Positions 47,544 through 57,546 are shown, counted from the stretch's first letter. The stretch is 64,000 nt of DNA from Alphaproteobacteria bacterium (GCA_033345275.1 JAWPOF010000012.1:32443-96442), one strand, 5' to 3'. Translations and numbers: made by a program. The notes: generated by a model from the letters alone, not told the origin.

Positions 47544-48281
47544 ATGCGTAGATTTTTTGCATTTTTTGTTGTGTGTGGATTGTTGACGATACATGGGGGG
47601 GCAAATGCAAATGGTTTGTCGACAGATACTTCTGATCCTATGTTCTTGCAGGCAGAAGATGAAATTTTAAGCCAAAGTTCAGTTGCGTATTGGGACCATG
47701 TCTTGCGGGTGGGACAGTCTGTGTCGTATGGATTAAAGTCGCGATTGGCACTGGGCGCAAATGTGTTCTATCAGCGTGATTTTGATGGCGATGAAGATGG
47801 TTTTGCCGCAATCGATGTGGGCGGCGTATATCGTATGTCTGATGTTGGTGATGGTAATTTAAATCTGATATCAGATGTCTTGTTTGGATTCAAATTTGGG
47901 GGCAGTCATCGCGTGCGTACGCCGGATTATGCGGATTCTACATATTATGTTGGGTTGCGTATGGGGCGTCAATGGGCGGGCATGACGTTGGCAGCGACAA
48001 TTAAATCAACGTGGGTATTTGATGATACGCGAGGTGTCGCATTCTTGGATTTTAGTCCGGAATCATATTTTCGTATTGCGTCAGATTGGAGTATTGGTGC
48101 AGGGCTGACCGTTCGCAAGGCAACGCATAAGGATATTCAAACTGGCAAAGACTATGACCAAGAATGGTTGCATTTCAAAGTTGTGCGCCAGTATGGACGA
48201 ACACAATATATTGGACATGTTGATTATGAATTTGAATCTGATGACGCGCAGGTTGGCGCCAGGATAAATATATTGTTCTGA
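47544..48281 (+). CDS. Outer membrane beta-barrel protein
   Basis: Signal peptide, alternating strands, C-terminal F. Confidence 0.72.
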   Translation: MRRFFAFFVVCGLLTIHGGANANGLSTDTSDPMFLQAEDEILSQSSVAYWDHVLRVGQSVSYGLKSRLALGANVFYQRDFDGDEDGFAAIDVGGVYRMSDVGDGNLNLISDVLFGFKFGGSHRVRTPDYADSTYYVGLRMGRQWAGMTLAATIKSTWVFDDTRGVAFLDFSPESYFRIASDWSIGAGLTVRKATHKDIQTGKDYDQEWLHFKVVRQYGRTQYIGHVDYEFESDDAQVGARINILF

Positions 48282-48314
48282 ACGTGAAGAATACCGACAA
48301 CAGGTCGGTGTTTT

Positions 48315-49586
48315 TTAGTTGGATGTGTTCTTTTTGTTGCGCAGCGATTCCCAATAATCTAATCTTTTTTTTATTTCTCGTTCAAAGCCGCGTTCAATCG
48401 GTTGGTAAAATTTTTGGCGCCCCATAGATTCTGGAAAACAATTTTGTCCAGAAAATCCATTTTCTGTGTCAGGATCATAAATGTAACCCGCGTTATAGCC
48501 TAAATCGCGCATCATTTTAGTGGGAGCGTTCAGTATGTTTTTTGGTGGCATTAAAGACCCTGTTTCGCGGGCGCATGCATATGCCGCCTTTTGCGCACGG
48601 TAATTGCCAATACTTTTTGGGGCGGTTCCCAAATATATTACCAATTGAGTCAGTGCCAGGTCGCCTTCGGGGCTGCCCAGTCTTTCATATGCTGACCAGG
48701 CTGCAATCGCTATTTGTAATGCGTTCGGGTCCGCCAGGCCTATGTCCTCGACCGCGAAACGGGTTAAACGACGGAATATGTATTTGGGATCTTGACCCGA
48801 TGTCATCATGCGTGCAGTCCAATAAAGTGCAGCATCTGTGTCGCTGGCACGCAGAGATTTGTGGACAGCGGATATTAAATTGTAATGTTCATCGCCTTGT
48901 TTGTCTGACAGAGGGGCGCGTTTTTGAATCGCGTTATCCAATGCCACGGGGGATAACGGTTCCTTGAAATTTGCGTTAAATAAATATTCAACAGTGTTCA
49001 GTAAAAATCGTGCGTCGCCATCTGCCATTTGGGCAAGATGAATTTTCGCGGTGTTTTCCAGCGGTAATTTTTTGTTCATAAAGCTTTCTGCACGTGCCAT
49101 CAGGGTCAGTAAATCTTCGGACGATAATGGTTGCAGAACACCAATGTGGCAACGCGATAATAGTGCGTTGTTTAAATTAAAACTGGGATTTTCTGTGGTT
49201 GCACCAATGAACGTGACTGTGCCGTCTTCAAGATAGGGCAACAGGGTATCTTGTTGTGTTTTATTAAAGCGGTGTATCTCGTCGATGAACAGTAAGGTGC
49301 CGCGACCAATATTGCTGTTCATGCGGGCGGTGTCCATCGCTTTTTTGATATCCGCTGTGCCGGAAAATACTGCAGACATGGGAACATAATCTGTGTCAAC
49401 AGAATTTGCCAGTGCGCGCGCAATTGTAGTTTTTCCGCATCCAGGAGGCCCCCATAATATCAGATTAGACAGCTTTTTATTGTCAACCATACGACGAATC
49501 AGGCCGTTTTCCCCCAGCAAGGTCGTTTGCCCTATGACTTCGTCAATAGTGTTTGGGCGCATTAAATCGGCAAGTGGTCGTGTCAT
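48315..49586 (-). CDS. rarA: Replication-associated recombination protein RarA/MgsA
   Basis: PLAD.MRP, GPPGCGKTT, DEIHRFNK.QQD, ATTENPSF, EDIGLADP. Confidence 0.96.
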   Translation of the reverse strand: MTRPLADLMRPNTIDEVIGQTTLLGENGLIRRMVDNKKLSNLILWGPPGCGKTTIARALANSVDTDYVPMSAVFSGTADIKKAMDTARMNSNIGRGTLLFIDEIHRFNKTQQDTLLPYLEDGTVTFIGATTENPSFNLNNALLSRCHIGVLQPLSSEDLLTLMARAESFMNKKLPLENTAKIHLAQMADGDARFLLNTVEYLFNANFKEPLSPVALDNAIQKRAPLSDKQGDEHYNLISAVHKSLRASDTDAALYWTARMMTSGQDPKYIFRRLTRFAVEDIGLADPNALQIAIAAWSAYERLGSPEGDLALTQLVIYLGTAPKSIGNYRAQKAAYACARETGSLMPPKNILNAPTKMMRDLGYNAGYIYDPDTENGFSGQNCFPESMGRQKFYQPIERGFEREIKKRLDYWESLRNKKNTSN

Positions 49587-49653
49587 TTTACTTGGCTTTT
49601 ATTTATTGTCTATTTGTGGTATAATCATATTAAATTATAAAAGGATTGGCAAG

Positions 49654-50010
49654 TTGGTAAATAAAAATTCCGAGTTCACTTTGGCGGTTGCAAACCTGGC
49701 GGCAGCTGCAATAAACGCAAATCCAAAATTAACAATGGAAGAGGCGGTAAAAAACGCGCGTGAAATATTGCGTGGAACATCTGTGACATCTCAACAAATC
49801 CAAGATTCTGTGCAGTCAGACAGGATTCAATGTTTGGAAGATGGTACGTGGCATGTGATGCTGAGGCGATATATCAAGCGCAGGTTTAATCTGACCCCGC
49901 AACAATATCGGGAAAAGTGGGGATTGCCGGATGACTACCCTTTTGTGGCACCGGCGTATGCACGTAAACGTTCAAAAATAGCGCAAAAAACAGGTTTAGG
50001 GAGAAAATAA
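49654..50010 (+). CDS. mucR: MucR/Ros family regulator
   Basis: CLEDG, YREKWGLPDDYP.VAP.YA..RS..A...GLG; TTG start with SD AAGGA. Confidence 0.88.
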   Translation: MVNKNSEFTLAVANLAAAAINANPKLTMEEAVKNAREILRGTSVTSQQIQDSVQSDRIQCLEDGTWHVMLRRYIKRRFNLTPQQYREKWGLPDDYPFVAPAYARKRSKIAQKTGLGRK

Positions 50011-50011
50011 G

Positions 50012-52036
50012 ATGGAGCAGAAAAAGCGAAAGACATATACTCAAGATTATGGTGATAAAGGGCGTAGTGCTGCAAATAAATTTAAGCAGGGGCGTGAATC
50101 TATTGTCGCATGGAATGTGCCAGATACCGTACATTGGCATGAATTGTTGGTTGATAAAAAGTTGGACCTGAAGAAATTGAAGCTGTGGTTAAAAGAAAAT
50201 GCACAAACAGGTGTCAAATGGTCTGGTATTACAACATTGTGGATGATGGAATATGTGACGCGTGGATTGAATGCTTTATTGGTTGATAATGCTGCTTTGC
50301 GTGCAATGGAACGGGGGATTTCAGGTAAAAAGAAGGGTGGCTTTGTAAGAAATAATCCTGCGTTTGTATCGCATATAATTTATTGGGGCATGATGGTGGG
50401 AATTCTTATAGGGGGAAAAGCGATTGCTGACAGGTCTGATTCTGATGAAAATGATCTTCGTTCAACTGTAGAGATGTTTATTGATAAGTCTGGGGATTTG
50501 TTTTCATCAGATGATGAAGAAGAAACCGTTGAAGTTATGCCAAATACTTATGGGGCCTATAGAGCCAAGATGCAGTGCGCGATGCCTATGATTGTGGCCG
50601 AGTTGGTAGCAATGGAAGGTGTGCGTATGAAGAATGGTATGCATGTGGTTTATGATGATGCAACTGGATTGCCGTTGAAGCCAGGACAGGAACCAAAAGG
50701 TGAAGCGACAATAGGATATGGAAATACAGTCGGAAAAGATCACAAAGAAATCAGCAGTAATACCCCGCCAATTACATCTGAAGAAGCGTTTGAATTGTCT
50801 AGATGGCATTTGGAAGACAAGGAAACGTTTTTGCTGATGTATTGCTATGATGTGGCATGCAAGGGGGTTAATATTGAATCGGTGCCAGAAGCAATGGCAA
50901 TTGCATCTGCAGCGTATAATGGATTTAATTTAGTAATAGAAAAGCAAGATGTAAGTATGGGAAACCGATTTGAAAAAATAAGAGAATTGCATAAAGAATT
51001 TGGTGATGCGTTAACAGATGAACATATCAGACAGTGTTTTGAAGAATATCCGATAAAAAATCCAGCTGAGGTCGGAAAGTATTGGTTGAATGGTGGTGAT
51101 GTATATGATTGTGCAGATGCTTTTGGGTGGTATATAAATGTAAAAAAAGATGGTGATGGTATCAGGTGGAGGCGTTGGTTAGAAGCCTGTATTATGACTG
51201 GTGATATAACACCACAGGATTTGTTGCAGATACCAGTTAATGGAATGTCTGAATTCTTTGATCTTGTTGGTCGCGATAGAGATAATTGGTTTATAGTGAA
51301 GGGAAGTAGAGATAATGAAACAAGAACCTTAAATAAAAAAACGTTGGTTAAATTTAAGGAATGGTTAAAAAATCCTGTTGATAAAAATAAACGATCATTG
51401 GCAACAAGGCCCAAGGTGTGTGATGTTATGCCTGAGGATGCGGTGGCAAAGTGTAGAGAGTATTCAGGAGAAAAATTGGCGGATGTTAAGAAGGTTACCA
51501 AAACAAAGCAGCAAAAGATTATAGAAAAAAAGACATATGTACTGGGGTATGATGAACTGTATGCCGACGCGGTTGGCGCATATCGGGCGGGTGACTATCA
51601 GGTGGCCGCGGATAAATATAAGAAAATGATTGAACAATATCCCGATAATGCTTTGTTGCGTAATGATTTGGCGGCGACATATAATCGGTTGGGTATGTAT
51701 AACGAAGCGATTGTTCAGGCGCGTGAAGTTGTTCAGCGTATTGGTGATAAATCCCAGTATGGGGCGGCACAATATAATGCGGGTTTTGCATATGAACAAA
51801 TGGGAAATTTGCAAAAGGCGTTGGCAAATTATAAATTGGCGCTGGCAAACGGAAATCGACGTGTGCAAAAAGATATTACGCGTGTGTCTGAAAAATTAAA
51901 GCGGGCTGGTAATAAAAAGGTCGCATTTAATTCTGGGACGAAACGTGTAAGTTCGGAAATAAAACAAATTCATCAGAAAAATGCTAAGGCTGATTTGTTG
52001 CTGTATGGGCAAGAGTTCAAGGGAAATATGGCATAG
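50012..52036 (+). CDS. Membrane-anchored GH24/T4-lysozyme-like protein with C-terminal TPRs
   Basis: TM near residue 120-135; EG...VYDD..G...TIGYG; TPR-like repeats (A.YNAGFAYE). Confidence 0.75.
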   Translation: MEQKKRKTYTQDYGDKGRSAANKFKQGRESIVAWNVPDTVHWHELLVDKKLDLKKLKLWLKENAQTGVKWSGITTLWMMEYVTRGLNALLVDNAALRAMERGISGKKKGGFVRNNPAFVSHIIYWGMMVGILIGGKAIADRSDSDENDLRSTVEMFIDKSGDLFSSDDEEETVEVMPNTYGAYRAKMQCAMPMIVAELVAMEGVRMKNGMHVVYDDATGLPLKPGQEPKGEATIGYGNTVGKDHKEISSNTPPITSEEAFELSRWHLEDKETFLLMYCYDVACKGVNIESVPEAMAIASAAYNGFNLVIEKQDVSMGNRFEKIRELHKEFGDALTDEHIRQCFEEYPIKNPAEVGKYWLNGGDVYDCADAFGWYINVKKDGDGIRWRRWLEACIMTGDITPQDLLQIPVNGMSEFFDLVGRDRDNWFIVKGSRDNETRTLNKKTLVKFKEWLKNPVDKNKRSLATRPKVCDVMPEDAVAKCREYSGEKLADVKKVTKTKQQKIIEKKTYVLGYDELYADAVGAYRAGDYQVAADKYKKMIEQYPDNALLRNDLAATYNRLGMYNEAIVQAREVVQRIGDKSQYGAAQYNAGFAYEQMGNLQKALANYKLALANGNRRVQKDITRVSEKLKRAGNKKVAFNSGTKRVSSEIKQIHQKNAKADLLLYGQEFKGNMA

Positions 52037-52062
52037 ATTCCTGGGGAATGAGATAGAAAAAT

Positions 52063-54066
52063 ATGAAAGCATATATTGATATTCATGATAAACGTTGGCG
52101 CAAACATAAAATCGATTTTGAAAAAATCGCGAATATGGTGGTGGGGGCAAAATATAAAAATGCCGAGGTGTCAATCATTCTGACCGATGATACCGAGATT
52201 CATGAAATCAATCGTATTTATCGCAATATAGATAAACCAACAAATGTTTTGTCGTTTGAATTGGGTGATGATGTTCTGTTGGGGGATATTTATATATCAT
52301 ACGACACGGTAAAAAAAGAAGCGCGTCAGCAGGGGATTTCTTTCCATGACCATGTGACGCATATGGTCGTGCATGGGGTGTTGCATTTGTTGGGCTATGA
52401 TCATTTGACTGATAAAGATGCGGTTGTTATGGAATCAAAAGAGATAGGAGTGTTGAAAAAAATGGGAATAAAAAATCCGTATGCTGATGATGGTGATATT
52501 TCTTGCGCGGATGGCAGTTGCTGTCCAGGGGGTGCGTTGGTTCGTTTTTTTGGGCGGTTTAAAATTCGTGAAAATGGTTTCTGGCAATACGCGCTGTACG
52601 CACTGTTTGGTGGGCTGGCAAGTTTTGGTTTTGCTCCGTTCTATCATTGGTGGTGGACGATAATTGGTGTTATGGGGGCGTATTGGCTGACGGTTCGGAA
52701 TAAAAATATTGGTGGGTTTTGGCGTACGTTTATTCGTGTGTCGCCATTTGGTGCGATGTATGCGGTGGCGAATTTTTGGTGGGTTTTACATTCTATTTAT
52801 GTGGTGCCGGAATTAACCCAACAGTTTGCAATTTGGACGATTCCTGGGGTGATAGGTTTGGCGATTGCGGGTGCACTTATATTTTCATGGCCGTTCGTTG
52901 CGGTTGCGCGTATGCGCTTGTCGTGCGCGGGAAGGGCGATATTATTTGCCTGTGTATGGACTTTGGTTCTGTGGGGACGCGAATGGGTTATGACAGGTTT
53001 TCCGTGGAATCCGATTGCAAATATCACTATGCCATGGCCGATGTTGGCTAATTCTATGTCGCTGTGGGGGGCGCTGGGGCTGACTTTTGTTTTAGTTGGG
53101 TTGTGTGCTGCCATGGTTGAAGTGTTGCGAAACAGAAAATGTCGGATGGGCTGGATTGTGCTGGGGCTGTTCTGTGCGCTGGGGGCCAGTGGTGCGTTTT
53201 TAGGATATAAAAATATGCAACGTGCAGATGTGGGGGCAAATGCGTCTGGGTATATGATTCGTATAGTTCAACCCGCTCAATCGCAATCGGACAAGGCGAC
53301 GCATAGTCGAGAAGAGGCATTGGCACGTGCGGAATATAATTTGCAAAATCTGATGATGCTAGCAACCCAGCCCGGCAATCCAGATATTATTGTGTTTCCG
53401 GAAACTACATACCCATTTGCCGTAATGCCGAATGATGATTTTGAATTTGTCCGGATGTTGGGGCGTTCGGTTGTTATTGGGGCGAATACAATTAGTGTAG
53501 AAGGTGTGTCTAATTCCATGGTGGTTGTTGGTGCAGATGGTGTAATCCAAAAAATTTACAGTAAATCACATTTGGTGCCATTTGGAGAATACAAACCGTT
53601 GGGGGTATTGCCCGCGCCGGTGGATTTAGTGCCGGGGCCTGGGCCAGAAATTTTGTCGATTGGGCATTTTGTGTTTGTGCCTGCGATTTGTTATGAAGTG
53701 ATTTTTTCTGATTCGTTGTTGCCAGATGATGCGACGGGGGTTTCGGCAATTGTAAATTTAACCAATGATAATTGGTTCGGAAATACACCGGGTACGTATC
53801 AGCACCTTGATATGGTGCGTCGATATGCAATTGAATCAGGCTTGCCGATTGTGCGTGCGAATTATTCGGGAATTAGTGCGTTTGTGGGCGCGGATGGCGC
53901 TGTTGAGTCAATGTTGCCGATTGGGGCAACGGGTGTGTTGGATGGATTTGTTTGGGGGGCGCATGAAACACCATATCGCGCGATTGGATTAAATGGTTGG
54001 ATGATTATTGTTTTGATTGTGTCAATACTGGGGATTTTGGTTGTTCGCAGAATTGATAAAGATTGA
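52063..54066 (+). CDS. YbeY-Lnt fusion (rRNA maturation RNase plus apolipoprotein N-acyltransferase)
   Basis: YRNIDKPTNVLSF and HMVVHGVLHLLGYDH, then GFPWN, FPET, KSHLVPFGEY, ICYE, TNDNWFG in one ORF. Confidence 0.92.
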   Translation: MKAYIDIHDKRWRKHKIDFEKIANMVVGAKYKNAEVSIILTDDTEIHEINRIYRNIDKPTNVLSFELGDDVLLGDIYISYDTVKKEARQQGISFHDHVTHMVVHGVLHLLGYDHLTDKDAVVMESKEIGVLKKMGIKNPYADDGDISCADGSCCPGGALVRFFGRFKIRENGFWQYALYALFGGLASFGFAPFYHWWWTIIGVMGAYWLTVRNKNIGGFWRTFIRVSPFGAMYAVANFWWVLHSIYVVPELTQQFAIWTIPGVIGLAIAGALIFSWPFVAVARMRLSCAGRAILFACVWTLVLWGREWVMTGFPWNPIANITMPWPMLANSMSLWGALGLTFVLVGLCAAMVEVLRNRKCRMGWIVLGLFCALGASGAFLGYKNMQRADVGANASGYMIRIVQPAQSQSDKATHSREEALARAEYNLQNLMMLATQPGNPDIIVFPETTYPFAVMPNDDFEFVRMLGRSVVIGANTISVEGVSNSMVVVGADGVIQKIYSKSHLVPFGEYKPLGVLPAPVDLVPGPGPEILSIGHFVFVPAICYEVIFSDSLLPDDATGVSAIVNLTNDNWFGNTPGTYQHLDMVRRYAIESGLPIVRANYSGISAFVGADGAVESMLPIGATGVLDGFVWGAHETPYRAIGLNGWMIIVLIVSILGILVVRRIDKD

Positions 54067-54124
54067 ATAAAAATTGTCTTTTATATATTCCTTTTTTGTG
54101 TTAAAATTGGATTCAAGAGAGAAT

Positions 54125-56074
54125 ATGAATTTATTTAAGCGATTTTTGTTGCTGTGTTTGTGCGCAATTCCAACGTTTGCGCAGGGGCAAATCGCAACCA
54201 CCGCGGGCAGTAATTTAACCGCATGGAATGGAAATTCTGGGGCAACAAATAATAATAACTGGAATCAGATGATGAATAATCGCACCATGGCGGGTGGTGG
54301 CGGTGGGGCGACGGCTGATTTTGGAAACTGTAATTCGTTGATTTTGCGTTGTGCCCAGCCAAAGTGTGCGGGGTGCAATACATTGGATTTGGCGCGTCCG
54401 ATTGTGGCGGGCTGTGTGAACAGTAATGCAGCATGTAAAAAATATGGCGATGATTTGATTGAATTTATTTCTGCGCAGTTGGTGTCCAATGCAACGAACA
54501 AGGCGCAACAGGCCCAAATCGCAGCGCAAACCGCGGCGGCCCAGGCGGCGGTTGCGCAAAGTAATGCGCAATTGCAACAAATGCAGACGCAGATGCAACA
54601 AATGCAATATGAAATGCAACAGCAAAATGTCCAACAAATGGCCCGGATGCAGGCCGCGCTGGATGAACAAAAGGCATTGACGGCCGCGGCGATGGAACAG
54701 GCCACCAAACAGCCCGAGGTGTCCGCACCCGTGTCATCGGCCAATGCTGCGTTGACGGACGAGATGGTTGCAGCGGCGGAACGTGGGATTGATGCAGATA
54801 TTTTGGCGCGCAAACAGATTTCGGGTCAGATTTTATCAAAAATTGAAAATGCTGAAATCGCATTAAAAAAATTAAAGGCAACAATGGATACGGCGTTTGT
54901 CTATGCGGGGTGTGATGCGCGTGGGAATAATTGCGCGGGACCAAAACGTGTCAAAATATTCAAGGAAAAGGCACTTGCATTTTTTGAACCCTATGATGAA
55001 ATTGTGGATGAAGCGTACGAAGCATTAGAAATGGCGTTGGCGGTTGGTGTGGACGTGTCCGACGTTATTATGATGTTAAGTGGTGCGTGTAATCAATGGG
55101 GAAAGTTCCTGTGCACGGGTGATGATGGTAAACACGAAGTTGAGCATTATAATGCATACAACTGTAACCATGGTCGGTCGGTTAAATTTGGCACGGTCAA
55201 AGGTGGTCAGGAATGTACCCCTGGTATGGCGGTTCCGCCCCAGGATGATAATCGCTGTACCGTCACCCAATTAATTGGTGACACGGGTGATAATGAAGAA
55301 GTGTTGCGTGAATGGTTGGACGAAAATTACGAGGGTGACCGTCTGGTTCGTGTTGGGTGTGCGACATCCGCATTGGAATCAATTGCGATATTTGGTCGTC
55401 GCAACAGCAAGCGGGGTGCAACACTGGACCTGGATACATTGGAACGGATTATTTTGCAAGACGCACCGGATTATATTGGTACAAACAGGTATTCCCAGGG
55501 ACCATCGGATGAAGAAATAGATCGATTGAAATATTGCGCATTAACACCAACTGGATATCAGAATCTGTTGACGGCGGTGCAGTCTAAGAAATTGCCTAAG
55601 AAGATTTGTGTGTCAAATGAACAGTTGGCGCATGATGCAAAATATAAAGGATGGGTTAAGTTTATTGATGAAACAGGATTATCGGCAGATATGCATTTGT
55701 TGCCATGGGATAAAGAAGCTTGCGAACCTAAGTCTAGCCATGGTACCTATGTCAAGAATCGGGGTTGTTCAATGTCATGGAATGAAGACTCGGAGCGTTG
55801 CATGTTGGATGTAGATTGCGTATATGTTGGTGGCGTAGTGTGGAAGAAGAGTGACTGGGATGCTGCTGAGAAGACAAGGCAAGAATCTGATAATAGCGCC
55901 AAAATGAACATAGAAGAGAATCAAAAGCGGTTGGAAGAGAATCAAAAGCGGGTGGAGTGGTGTTATGAAAGAAAGGGCCGCTTGAATGATAAATGGCAGT
56001 GTTTATGCGGTGATGTGATTATGGCACATGATAGTTATACCTGTAAGGATGAAAAAATTGTAAATAAAAAATAA
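54125..56074 (+). CDS. Large secreted Cys-rich protein with Gln/Ala coiled coil
   Basis: Signal peptide, many Cys, Q/A-rich segment, EENQKR duplication. Confidence 0.8.
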   Translation: MNLFKRFLLLCLCAIPTFAQGQIATTAGSNLTAWNGNSGATNNNNWNQMMNNRTMAGGGGGATADFGNCNSLILRCAQPKCAGCNTLDLARPIVAGCVNSNAACKKYGDDLIEFISAQLVSNATNKAQQAQIAAQTAAAQAAVAQSNAQLQQMQTQMQQMQYEMQQQNVQQMARMQAALDEQKALTAAAMEQATKQPEVSAPVSSANAALTDEMVAAAERGIDADILARKQISGQILSKIENAEIALKKLKATMDTAFVYAGCDARGNNCAGPKRVKIFKEKALAFFEPYDEIVDEAYEALEMALAVGVDVSDVIMMLSGACNQWGKFLCTGDDGKHEVEHYNAYNCNHGRSVKFGTVKGGQECTPGMAVPPQDDNRCTVTQLIGDTGDNEEVLREWLDENYEGDRLVRVGCATSALESIAIFGRRNSKRGATLDLDTLERIILQDAPDYIGTNRYSQGPSDEEIDRLKYCALTPTGYQNLLTAVQSKKLPKKICVSNEQLAHDAKYKGWVKFIDETGLSADMHLLPWDKEACEPKSSHGTYVKNRGCSMSWNEDSERCMLDVDCVYVGGVVWKKSDWDAAEKTRQESDNSAKMNIEENQKRLEENQKRVEWCYERKGRLNDKWQCLCGDVIMAHDSYTCKDEKIVNKK

Positions 56075-56827
56075 ATGAAAATGTTGAAAAATATCTTGGC
56101 GGGTTTGTGCGTTGCGCTGGTGGTGTGTGTGCCGGCGGTGGCGGACAATGGGTGCGAAAATGACAACAATGATGCGATTGTGGCGGAATTGGCGCTGTGT
56201 TCCACACACGCATATAATATTGCTGAAACAAAAAATCCAACGGGCGCGGACAAAGAATTAATGCGCGATGTTATCGCAATGAAAACAACGTTGATTACCC
56301 AACAGATGTATCGGCAATATGAACAGATGGAATCTATGTTGCGACGGTTAAAGACCCAATTGGAAAAGGCGGTGTTGACCACGGGATTAGAGGCCAAGGG
56401 CGCATCATCATCTTCGTCATCGTCATCGGGCGGTTCGTCGTTTAAGTCGGATGACAGAAATATTCATATGTATGGGGCGAAAAATTGTAATGAAGAACTG
56501 TTGCCGGCGGATGTTATGAAGTGTTTGAATACTAATATGAATACAATTTCAAATGCGACGGGTAATGCCGATGATGTTAGTTTAGAGGCCGCCAAGCAAT
56601 TGGCAAACGATTTTACATTGTTAAAGAATACAGCACCGACCAAGAAGGAGGTGTGTAATTATTCGTTTGGAACATCTGATAAGACAGAAGATAAGATAGG
56701 TTGTCTGGATTCGAAACAGATACGCAAAAAGACAAATTTCCGGACGTGTTTTGATAATATGCGTTCGTGTCTGCGTACCAAGACATATGAATTATCCCAG
56801 AACGAAAAAAAACAAGATAAAGATTAA
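56075..56827 (+). CDS. Secreted Cys-rich protein with poly-Ser linker
   Basis: Signal peptide, SSSSSSSGGSS linker, abuts the upstream stop. Confidence 0.8.
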   Translation: MKMLKNILAGLCVALVVCVPAVADNGCENDNNDAIVAELALCSTHAYNIAETKNPTGADKELMRDVIAMKTTLITQQMYRQYEQMESMLRRLKTQLEKAVLTTGLEAKGASSSSSSSSGGSSFKSDDRNIHMYGAKNCNEELLPADVMKCLNTNMNTISNATGNADDVSLEAAKQLANDFTLLKNTAPTKKEVCNYSFGTSDKTEDKIGCLDSKQIRKKTNFRTCFDNMRSCLRTKTYELSQNEKKQDKD

Positions 56828-56851
56828 TCCTGCAAACGCAGGATTTTTTTT
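56827..56851 (+). terminator. Intrinsic terminator
   Basis: ATCCTGC-AAAC-GCAGGAT followed by a T run. Confidence 0.75.
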
Positions 56852-56906
56852 GAGATACGAATACAATGATAAATAAAAGTTTAGTTAAGTTTGCCCGTTG
56901 GGCAAA

Positions 56907-57034
56907 TAAAGAGCAAAGAGCAATGAGCAAAGAGCAGAGAGCAATGAGCAAAGCGCAATTAATGCACTTGTCCCACGAAGCCTTGGCGCAGTGGGATTCC
57001 GCCACTAACCACTTGCACTTACACTAACCACTAA
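56907..57034 (+). repeat. Mosaic of small repeats: (AAAGAGC)n heptamers, TCCCAC..GTGGGA hairpin, CCACTAA heptamers
   Basis: About 7 heptamer units at 56907-56960, hairpin at 56971-56996, CCACTAA-type units at 57002-57034. Confidence 0.8.
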
Positions 57035-57090
57035 AAAATCCCGCCATTGGCGGGTGTTTTTATTAAATTAACCTTGTTTTATTTGGGCGG

Positions 57091-57546
57091 TTATCTTAGT
57101 TTGCCGTATAACAAAGTGAATATTTTTATCGAATTGTTTGATGTTGGAATTTTGTTGGCTGTGCGCAGTTGGGCCATGTTTAATAGCTTGAAAAAATGCG
57201 GCGATAAAATGCGGGTGCCAAATCGGATAATCTGGGGCTGGGTTGGGTCAAATGCACGGCCTGTGTTTAATTGGGGGTGCGCCGACATAATGATGTCAGG
57301 GTGTGTCCAGTCCGATTTTGATTGACTGCGAAGAATGCGAATTTGACCGTTTTTGTGGCTGGATTGGTTTTGAGTGCCATATTCAACCGATATTTCCAGC
57401 CGATATGATAATTCGGTCAGGTCGTTTTTGGTAAATGTATATATAACACCATCTGGGGTGCTGTGTGATTGAATAAGTGCCGACCGGTCCGTGATAAATG
57501 CGGATGCAATATCATATATTTTGCGAATAGTGTGTGTATCAGACAT
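57091..57546 (-). CDS. Hypothetical protein
   Basis: 151-aa ATG ORF followed by a terminator hairpin at 57040-57052. Confidence 0.6.
   Translation of the reverse strand: MSDTHTIRKIYDIASAFITDRSALIQSHSTPDGVIYTFTKNDLTELSYRLEISVEYGTQNQSSHKNGQIRILRSQSKSDWTHPDIIMSAHPQLNTGRAFDPTQPQIIRFGTRILSPHFFKLLNMAQLRTANKIPTSNNSIKIFTLLYGKLR

Noticed and set aside
53596-53607. CCGTTGGGGGT match to the leader hairpin (also partial matches near 2592 and 16203)
   Set aside because: They lie inside coding sequence, lack the full CCCC arm and have no uORF context.
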